Below are positions 55,501-64,000 of a stretch of DNA of 64,000 nt, piece by piece (position 1 is the stretch's first letter; each line of letters starts with the position of its first letter). Location: the NCBI GenBank assembly GCA_963783665.1, contig CAWANZ010000004.1, forward strand, positions 15,866 to 79,865, read 5' to 3'. Origin of the DNA: Candidatus Aminicenantes bacterium (GTDB lineage: Bacteria; Acidobacteriota; Aminicenantia; Aminicenantales; UBA4085). A program made the position numbers and the translations under genes. The notes under the pieces are model-generated. The model saw only the letters and a list, made by a program, of their open reading frames with translations, made no database searches and was not told where the DNA came from.

Positions 55501-55893
55501 GCGGCCCAGGAAGCCCTGCGGTCGCTGGCCTTCGTCCGGAAAGCCCTTCTCGACACGCCCAAGGCCGACCCGAAGCTTGGAGAACAGGCCCGGGCGATCG
55601 AACGCGGGATCAAGGACGCGCTCCTGATTCTGACCGGGGACGAGACGAAGTACCGCCTTTATGAAGTCCAGCCGCCGTCGTTGATGGACCGGGTCACCCT
55701 TCAGACGGACGCGACCGGGCCGATCACAGCAAGCGCGAAGCGGGAATACGAGATTGCGGCCGCCGGTTTCGGCGACATCCTGGAGAAGCTCCGCGGCTTG
55801 ATCGAGGGCGACCTGCGCAAGCTCGGCGCGGCCTTGGAAGCGGCCGGGGCCCCGTGGACTCCCGGCCGCGGCCTTCCGGTCTGGAAGAAGTAG
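52594..55893 (+). CDS. BNR/Asp-box (sortilin/VPS10-like) glycosyl hydrolase-like protein; frameshifts near 52620 and 53250
   Basis: FRNIGPAIMSGRISDI, repeated S.DGG.TW / SEDRGDSW, GGTQDNGS, GTEFG.Y, SFGRGVYILDD. Confidence 0.88.
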
Positions 55894-55903
55894 GGCTTTT
55901 TTT

Positions 55904-57503
55904 ATGCGTTGGATTACGGGATTCCTGATCCTGGCGGCGGGCTTGGCCTTGTTGCCCGGTCTCTCGTCGGGTCCGACGCTCCCTCTGGATCGATACTACG
56001 GGGCGGCGGATAACGGCCTGCTTCTGCGGGTCGAGGATGATGAGGGCCGGGCTCTTTATCTCCAGGTGAGTGTCGTGGATGATCGAGGACGCTCCCGGCA
56101 ATTGCTCCGGCCTCTGCGCCTGGAGCCTGCCGTCGGGGACGGCCGGGTTTATGAGGAAGCCGGCCCGGCCGGCGGGACTTCGGTGAAGGTGCGCGTTCTT
56201 TTCGATAAAGATGGAACGGCCCTCCGGTGGCTGCAGCCGGCGCAATTGAAGCTTGCCGACGGAGTCCCCATCCAAATCGCCGGCCGCCACCTGCTCCTTT
56301 CCGAAGCGAATCGAAAAGCGGCGACGGAACGCCATTTCGCCCTGGCGGACAAGGGCCTCAACGATGCATACAACCGGCTCCGACGGGAAATGACGCCCAG
56401 GGATTTCGCCGAGCTTCGCACCAACCAGCTGCAATGGCTGAAATACCGTGATCGCTTCATCGCCGACGGCGACGATAGCGAGATCAACGGGCCCGGGTCC
56501 ATCCCCTTCCGGCAAGCACAGACGACGCGCACCCTCGAGCGGACGGCCTTTCTGCAATCTTTCGGGCGGCCTTCAACCGCCGCCGAAGGTCTCGGCGGCC
56601 GCTATAGCGACGGGATCGATTGGGAGATTCGCCTGGGTGAAGATCCGCGAGATCGAGGAACACCTGTTTTATGCGCTTCAGTACAGTCTCTCGCAGCGAC
56701 GAGGCCCGGAATGGCCGTTGCCCGTCCTGGTTTCCGGATGCGGATCAAGGAAGTCGGACGGACATTCCTGGACGCTGACCGGAAAAGCAGTGGCGGAGGG
56801 CTCGGCAAACGCCGAGAAAGAGCTCCTGCTCACGCCGGCCGCCGATCGCCGAAGCCTGGAAATTTCCGGCTCGACTCCCAAATCCTTCAGCGTCCGGCTG
56901 TACCGGGTGGCTGATGTCGGCCCGGCCGATGAACCCATGCGGGCCGTTCTGGCGCGGCTGCCGGCCGCGATTTTTGATGATACCACCGAGGGCCTGAGCG
57001 AGCCCGACAAGAGAACGCTGCTTCTGACCGGGGCCTCGGATTTCTTTCAACTTGAGGAGCCGGCCACAGACTTTGTACGCGTCCGATATCGCGACGGCCA
57101 GGTTGACCTGCGCCGATTTTCGCGGGCCGACGGCGGCGCCGTAATCGCCGTGGCCACCGCCAACCTGCGGGCCCGCAGCTTCGGGCTCTGGCGGATATCG
57201 GCCGCGGATAAGACGCCGCAATCCTGGCCGCTTGAACAGGCGCTGCCGCCGCTTGGGGCGTCCGATTTCTATCAAGATCCCGATGACGCGGCGGCCGCAT
57301 CCCGGGGCTTGCTGGAATTCAGCCTGCGCCCCAACCTGGCGGAGATTCACGCAGACTGGACGAGGTTGAAAGACGGGCCGGAACCCGATATCGACATCGA
57401 CCTGGTCTGGAACGGCGTCGGATTCGACGTGATCCGGAGCGGGCGATTCACTTCTTCGCCGGGGGCGGCTCGGGCTTGTTCCAGTCCGGCGGCTCGACCT
57501 TGA
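55904..57503 (+). CDS. Exported multidomain protein containing an LprI/DUF1311-like helical domain; frameshift near 56640
   Basis: [12 protein letters not shown]...[13 protein letters not shown]; C-terminal part in ORF 56448-57503. Confidence 0.6.
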
Positions 57504-59741
57504 GGAGATGGCGAACAAAGAAGTCGTTCCGCTTGCGCTCACCGAACGCCCCGCCGCTCGTATGATCGGCGTTGGGGACGACGGCCAGCTCGAAATCCTT
57601 GTTGGCTTTGATCAAGGCGTTGACGACCTGCATCGTGCTGGCCGGATCGACGTTCGTGTCCATTTCGCCCACCAGGAGAAGGAGCTTCCCCTCGAGGCGA
57701 TAGGCGTTGTCGACGTTGGAGGAGGCGGCATATTCGGGACCGAGCGGCCAGCCCATCCAGGCCTCGTTCCACCAGATCTTGTCCATCCGGTTATCGTGGC
57801 AGCCGCAGGCGGAGAAGGCGACTTTGTAGAATTCGGGATGGAAGAGGAGGGCGCCAAGGGAGTTCTGCCCGCCGGCCGACGTGCCGTAAATGCCGACGCG
57901 GGTGATGTCATAATAAGGATACTTGGCCGCGATCGCCTTGTGCCAAAGGATCCGGTCGGGGAAACCGGCGTCGCCGATGTTCTTCCAGCTGTAGTCGTGA
58001 AACTCTTTGGACCGGTTGGAGGTTCCCATCCCGTCGACCTGGACGACGATGAAACCCAGCTCGGCCAGGGCCTGCATCCCGCTGAAACCGCTGAAGGCCT
58101 TGGGGACGAAGGAGTCGTGCGGCCCGGCGTAGATGTTTTCAACGACCGGGTATTTTTTATTCGGGTTGAAGGTCGAGGGGCCGGAAAATCACACCCCAGA
58201 TGTCCGTTTTGCCATCGCGGGCCTTGGCCGTGAACACTTCGGGCGATTTCCACCCGGCTTTGACGAGAGCGGAGATGTCGGTTTGTTCGGCCCGGAGAAC
58301 GAGTGACCGGTCGGCGGATTTGCGGACATCGAGGACGGGAGGCAGGTCGACCCGCGAGTACAGGTCGGTGTAATACATCCGATCCGAGGATAAAGCGGCG
58401 GAATGGGTCGCGTTTTCCTCGGTGAGTGCGGTCAAGCCGGTGCCGTCGAAGTTGATCGTATAACAGTGAATGAAGTAGGGGTCCTGGCCGGAATTCATGC
58501 CGCTGGCCCGGAACCAGATCTTGCGGGCCTCCTCATCGACTTTGTCCACGCCCCGGACGACCCAGGCGCCCTTGGTAATTTGGTTTTTCACCCGCCCGGT
58601 CGCGCCATCGTAAAGGTAGAGGTGGTTCCAGCCGTCGCGCTCGGACATCCAGACGATTTCCTTGCCGTCGGCGAGATCAGAGCGATACATCTTCCCGGAA
58701 TACGTGAAAAAGGTTTTCGGTTCTTCGCTGATGACGGCCCGGGGCTTGCCGGTCGCGGCCTCCACCTCGATGATCCGATAGACCTGGTGGCCCCGCTGGT
58801 TGTACTCGAAGGTGAAGGCCCGGCTGTCTTTCCGCCACTCGGGATCGGAGAGCTCGAATTGGCTCGCAAACAGAGCGTTGTTGATTTCGATTGATTTGCG
58901 GTCGTCGAGAAGCAAGAGGACCGGCTGGTTGAAGTCGATGACATCGCCCGGCTTAGTGTAGCCGATCGAGGAATATTCCGGCTGGAGTTGGCCGGCCGGA
59001 GAGGAGCGGACGTATTGGATGCGGCGATGGAGGCCCCGACGGACCCGATAGGCGACCAGCTTTTTCGAGTCGGGAGACCAGGCGATCGAACGGAAGCTGT
59101 AATAATTTCCCTCCGCCCCGTCATAGGTCAGGGCGAATTCCTCTTTCTTCTGGTCGTCCTTGGACCGGACATAGACGTTGAAGTTGCGAACGAAGGCTTC
59201 CCATTTGGCGTCGGGCGAGGCTTTCGCTCCGACGGAGGCGGCCGGTTCGGCCGGGCCGCCGAAGTCCTGCCAGTTGCCCTGGCCCTCGCGCCGTTCGACC
59301 GGGCCGGTTTTCTCGAGCGCGCCCGTAGCCAGAATGAACTTCCATTTGAAGTCCCTCATCTCGAAGGTGATCGCCTTCGTCTCGTCGACGAATTCGAGGC
59401 GCTGGAGGAGGATGCGTTTCGGGTCGATTTTATCTTTAAGGGCTTCGGCGAGCGCGGCGGCAAGCTTGTCATGATCGAAAGCGGGGGCCTTGGAAGCCGC
59501 GTCGGCATCGATCAGGACGTATTCGCCGCCTTCACCGACGGCTTTGCGGTACCAGAATTTATGCGTTTTCTCGATCCAGGTCGGCCGCTCGGGCTGATTG
59601 ACAATCAGCGGCCGCCACTGGTCCCTGAGCTTGGTTGAACGGTCATAGTCGGCCCGGGTGCCTTGGGCGGAGAGGAAAACCGGGAGGATGAAGAGTCGCA
59701 ACGAGAAGAAGGTTAAAAGTGGTTTTCAGCGTGTTTTTCAT
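57448..59741 (-). CDS. S9 family peptidase (DPP IV N-terminal propeller + alpha/beta hydrolase); frameshifts near 59700 and 58170
   Basis: [29 protein letters not shown] (Ser), DTNVD (Asp), ADH (His). Confidence 0.9.
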
Positions 59742-59786
59742 ATTCCCTCCATAGAAGCGAGCCGCCGTAATATACTACATATCATA

Positions 59787-59873
59787 AATTGGTGCCAGGT
59801 TAACTCATTCCCATATTTCGGCGATTATTTTCGTTGGAAAGAAATCGGGGAATGAGTAACCTGGCACCCAATT
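59787..59873. repeat. Intergenic inverted-repeat element, copy 4
   Basis: AATTGGTGCCAGGTTAACTCATTCCC ... GGGGAATGAGTAACCTGGCACCCAATT. Confidence 0.85.
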
Positions 59874-62392
59874 ACTTAATCGAGCCGATGGGGCGCCGGG
59901 CGGCAGGGCCGAAACCGCCGGGCGCTTGAACGCCTCGGGATTCTTCTCGAACTGCTCGATCTGAAAGATTCCGAATTTCAAGTGGGCCTTTCTCGTCCAT
60001 GCCGGCCGGCCTTCCCCATTCTCGTCGGCCAGGGCTGTTTTTCAAATCATCGACCTTCAGCAGGGCGATCGCCCGGGCTTGAGCCGATGCTTCGTCGCTT
60101 GCGGCCAAGGCCAGAATCTGGGCCAGGGCGGCTTTATCGGCCACGCGTTTGACTTCGGCCCGGTAAGGACGAAAGCGGAGATTTCGTCGCGGCTTCCCAG
60201 GTCGACGGCCAGGAGCTTATCGATGACTTCATCCAGCCCCGGATTATCGGCGTTTCGGGAATGATACTCGACAAGCCGGGAAGCCCGGGCCGGATTCAAA
60301 ATCAATCCCGGCCGTCATCCCCGCGGCCTCTTCCACCGGGATGAACGGATCGAACGGTCCCCGGTCCGCCCGCCGAACAGTTCCACCGTTTCGCCGTAAT
60401 CGGAGGCCCGCGGCGGGATCATCGCTACGATCCGTTCGTCAAGGGCCAGGAACTCCGGAGTGAGAGTTTTCAGAACGACATCCAGCGCCCGGCGTTGCTC
60501 GGCCGGCGAGACGATTTCGGACGGCTTCTGGGCATCGCCCCGAAGCCGGTGGAAATACATCATCCCGCCGATCGAAGCGGCCGCGGCCTCGGTCTGGTAC
60601 CGATGGAAAAGATAGGCGGTGACCAGCGGCTCTTCGAGGGGGGCCATAGGAGCTGCCCGGACGAATCCGCTTTTCCGAGAACGTTTTCAGGGCGATGTCC
60701 CGGACCCGGATAACCCGCTCGAGCTCGTCGACCAGGTTGCGGCCGTTGTCCCAGGCGGCGGTCAAAGGATGGGCGCCGTGAGGGACCGGAATCCGAATCG
60801 GCCAGAAAAACCAAGTCCGGAGGCGAACGCTTTTTCGAGCACGGCCCGGGAAGCCGCGTCGGCATCGACGCCGGCGGGATAATCCCGGTAGGCATAATCG
60901 ACGGCGGCTTTGTCGAACGCTCCGATACCGACGGCATAAGCCTCAGACAAATCGAGCGTGCCGTCGGCTTTAATATCGACAAACGGGTGGGGATAATCCA
61001 TGACCGAGGCCCGATCGTTTGTGCTGGCCGCGAAATTGTGCCCCATCCCCAGGGTGTGGCCGACTTCGTGGGCGGAAAGCTGGCGGATTCGAGCCAGGGC
61101 CATCTCCCGGATCTCTTCGGAGTTGTCGCCGCCCTCCTCATACGCTCCCAGCAGCGATTCGGCGATGAGATAATCCTGGCGGATGCGGAGCGAGCCCAGC
61201 GAGACATGGCCCTTGATGATCTCGCCCGTCCGCGGATCGGACAGGCCGCCGCCGTAGGACCAGCCCCGGGTCGAGCGGTTGATCCAGTTGATCATGTTGT
61301 ACCGGGCGTCCATCGGGTCGGCGCCCTTCGGGCAGGAGCTTGACTTGGAACGCGTTGATATAGCCCGCGGCCTCGAAGGCCTGGTTCCACCACGAGGCCC
61401 CTTCGAGGACGGCCGTCCGGATCGGTTCGGGAATCCCCCGGTCGACATAATAGACGATAGGCTTGACCGCTTCCGACCGGGCCGCGGCCGGGTCCTTTTT
61501 TTCCAGCCGGAACCGGCTGACGAATCTCTTTTCCATCGGCTCGCCGACCGGCAGTGGCGAAATCCATGTAGGAATGGGCGAAGAAATTCGACCGGGGGTC
61601 GAAGACCCGGAGCTTGTATCCGGGGTCGGGAAGCTTGACGAAGGAATGATGCACCCGGAAGGTCAAGGCCCCGGCGTCGGGGGCGACCATGCGGAGGAAC
61701 ATCCCGGGATTCGAGCCGGTCAGGGTGAGGAGGACGTCGATTTCGGTGTTATGCGGGAAGTTGCGGGCCGCGGGCAAGTCGATCGCCGACCGGGTTTCAT
61801 CCACCCGGAATTGGCCCTGGTTCGCGACGGCCGATCGATCCGGCGAGATTCATGGCGTCGCGGAGGAGAAAAGCCGTCGCATCGACCAGAAGACGGCCGT
61901 CTTCCTCGGCCGGCGATGTCGAATCCCCAGATGACGGATTGGACAAAGGAGTCTTCGACGTTGCGGCGGACATCGGCGTCGTCCGTCTCCGCCCGGAAGC
62001 CATTGGTTAGGCTCGATCAGAAGGACGCGCGGGCCGGCTTTCCGGAAACGGACGACCTTCTCCCGGCCGAGCGAGGCCCGGTCGAGGCCGACGTCGTTGC
62101 TGCCGAGCCCATCCGGAAGCGAGGGATAATAGAGGAATTCGGTCGTCGAGCTTGTCGATTTCCAGCCAGAGTTTCCCGGCCTTTTCGTCTTTATAAATCG
62201 GGAACCATCCCGGGATCTTTTCGAAACCGTGGCCCGGTCGGTGATCGAAAGGAGTGACGGTTGCGGGATAAACACCCGGCTGGAGCTCCGACCCGCGACC
62301 GACTGGGGCGAATCAGGCCGAAAAGCCCAGCGGAAGAAGAGCGGCAAGCGACCAGGGAAGAAGACAAGAATTTTTTGAAGGATTTTTTTCAT
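59872..62392 (-). CDS. EcxA-like zinc metalloprotease (DUF5117/DUF4953 type); many frameshifts
   Basis: [15 protein letters not shown] (HExxHxxGxxH) and ASVMDY Met-turn; PIVYYVD...[13 protein letters not shown]. Confidence 0.88.
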
Positions 62393-62435
62393 GAAATCCT
62401 CCGCGACGGATCATGGCGATGAACCATCATACCAA

Positions 62436-62500
62436 AATCGGGGCCAGGTTACTCAATCCCGAATTCGAATTCGGGAGTTGAGTAACGCTGGCCCCGAATT
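62436..62500. repeat. Intergenic inverted-repeat element, copy 5 (short spacer)
   Basis: AATCGGGGCCAGGTTACTCAATCCCGAA-TTCGAA-TTCGGGAGTTGAGTAACGCTGGCCCCGAATT. Confidence 0.85.
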
Positions 62501-62540
62501 ATTATAATGGCGACGGCATCCCGCGGGAAAGGAGACGCCC

Positions 62541-62960
62541 ATGGCCGAAGAGCTGAGCGCCGTCGTCGTGTGGAAGGGAAAGCTGGAATTCGAGGGCCGG
62601 GCGGTTTTCGATCAGGCCATTCACATCGACGTCTCGCCTCCCCTGGGCGAGGATCACGGCGCCAAGCCCATGGAGCTCCTGTTGATCAGCCTGGCTTCCT
62701 GCGCCGGGCAGATCGTCGTCTCCCTCCTCCAGAAAATGCGCCAGGACGTCCGGGCGTTCACCGTCAAGGCGAGCGGCCCCAAGCAGCCGGATCATCCGCG
62801 GGTGTTCACCTCCATCCGCTTGGACATGGAGATTTCCGGACAGGGGATCGATCCGGCCGCCGCGGAAAAGGCCCTTCAAATGGCTGAAGAAAAATATTGC
62901 CCCGTCTTCGCCATGCTGAAAAACAGCGTCCCCATCCAAACGTCCATTACGATCAAATAA
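62541..62960 (+). CDS. OsmC family protein
   Basis: PMELLL.SLASC and AEEKYCPV with both conserved Cys. Confidence 0.88.
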   Translation: MAEELSAVVVWKGKLEFEGRAVFDQAIHIDVSPPLGEDHGAKPMELLLISLASCAGQIVVSLLQKMRQDVRAFTVKASGPKQPDHPRVFTSIRLDMEISGQGIDPAAAEKALQMAEEKYCPVFAMLKNSVPIQTSITIK

Positions 62961-62975
62961 GCGACGAGGTCTCTC

Positions 62976-63863
62976 GTGAAAAAATCCGCTCCCGTCCTCC
63001 TTTGGGCCGCCTTCGTTCTCGCCGCCCTTCCCCTTGCCGCCGCTCAACCTTCCCGCCATCCGGCCGGCTCGCTCCTGATCATCGGCGGCGGGGATCGGCC
63101 CGACGGCCTGACGTCGAAATTCGTCGAGCTCGCCCGGGGATTCAGCTCGGGAAAAATCATCATCTTCACAACGGCCAGCGGCGTCCCGGAAGAGGTCGGG
63201 CCGGAGATGATCGCCGAGGTGAAAGCGGCCGGGGCAACCGAGGCCGCCGTATACCATCTCACCCGGGAGGAGGCCCTCAAGCCGGACAGCGCGAAAATCC
63301 TGGACGGGGCCGGGGGCATTTATTTCTGCGGGGGCGTTCAATCACGGCTCACCGATGTCCTCCTCGACACGCCGATTCATCGACGGCTTCTCGAGCTCTA
63401 CGCCGAAGGGCTGGTGCTGGCCGGGACAAGCGCCGGGGCCGCGGTCATGAGTGAAGTCATGATCACCGGAGACGAAAAACGGACAACCGACGAGAACGCC
63501 AATTGGCAGACCATCGAGGCCGAAAACGTCATCACCACCCGCGGATTCGGCTTCCTGACCACGGCCATCGTCGACCAGCATTTCGTCCGGCGCCGCCGCC
63601 ACAACCGGCTGATCAGCCTGGTCCTGGAACGCCCCGCCCTCGTCGGCCTCGGCATCGACGAGTCGACGGCCGTCTGGGTCCGGCCCGACGGCCGGTACGA
63701 AATCGTCGGGATCGGCCAAGTCATTGTCTACGACGCCCGGGCCGCGGCCGTGTCCCACACGCCCGACAGTCTCCTTGGCGCCGCCGGAATGACCGTCCAC
63801 GTTCTCCTTCCCGGCGATGTCTACGATCCGGCGACCGGCAAGGTCGAGGGAGCCCGCCGGTGA
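62976..63863 (+). CDS. Cyanophycinase (S51) with signal peptide
   Basis: LLIIGGG, IYFCGGVQSRL, AGTSAGAA (Ser), VDQHF.RR.R.NRL, GLGIDESTA. Confidence 0.88.
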   Translation: MKKSAPVLLWAAFVLAALPLAAAQPSRHPAGSLLIIGGGDRPDGLTSKFVELARGFSSGKIIIFTTASGVPEEVGPEMIAEVKAAGATEAAVYHLTREEALKPDSAKILDGAGGIYFCGGVQSRLTDVLLDTPIHRRLLELYAEGLVLAGTSAGAAVMSEVMITGDEKRTTDENANWQTIEAENVITTRGFGFLTTAIVDQHFVRRRRHNRLISLVLERPALVGLGIDESTAVWVRPDGRYEIVGIGQVIVYDARAAAVSHTPDSLLGAAGMTVHVLLPGDVYDPATGKVEGARR

Positions 63864-64000
63864 AAAAGCTCCGTCTCCCCCACACCCTCATCCTGATTTA
63901 CGCCATGGTCGTCCTGACCGTGATCCTGACCTGGATCATCCCCGGCGGCGAATACCAACGGGTGGAGAAGGACGGCCGAGAGGTTCCGGTAGCCGGATCC
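63860..64000 (+). CDS. YfcC-family (DcuC/TIGR00366-like) transporter, partial at window edge
   Basis: GTGA overlap with the cyanophycinase; MKKLRLPHTLILIYAMVVLTVILTWIIPGGEYQR. Confidence 0.75.
   Translation, partial: MKKLRLPHTLILIYAMVVLTVILTWIIPGGEYQRVEKDGREVPVAGS

Noticed and set aside
45952-62500. Inverted-repeat family as a CRISPR array or as rho-independent terminators
   Set aside because: Copies are kilobases apart, inverted rather than tandem direct, with no cas genes; there are no U-tracts and they lie 5' of genes.

Overview
GC-rich bacterial chromosomal window, inferred (not proven) to come from a Ca. Aminicenantes-like (Acidobacteriota) metagenome assembly. The inference rests on the five 6-bladed beta-propeller paralogs and the paired surface proteins with a PFG.(I/F)DTP...GWALDD C-terminal module. 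Almost every gene encodes an exported hydrolase or surface protein: peptidases (S41, M24, 2x M19, C69, 2x M14, S9, metzincin, cyanophycinase S51), glycosidases (GH95, GH78, GH43, a BNR/sortilin-like protein) and PD40/TolB, LVIVD and NHL-like propellers. Housekeeping content is tRNA-Sec (selC), engB/ysxC, a cyclophilin and an OsmC protein. About 20 genes are split by single-base frameshifts, most likely long-read indel errors, so spans for those genes are reconstructed across frames. No CRISPR array, rRNA, transposase or integrase was seen. The most notable observations are: (1) a transmembrane AraC regulator with a periplasmic PilQ-type STN/N0 domain, followed by a 12-bp direct-repeat pair abutting a sigma70 promoter; (2) five intergenic inverted-repeat elements, each 44-86 bp upstream of a gene start; (3) a conserved C-terminal module shared by two tandem surface proteins; (4) a methyltransferase whose N-terminus comes from a PD40-family leader.
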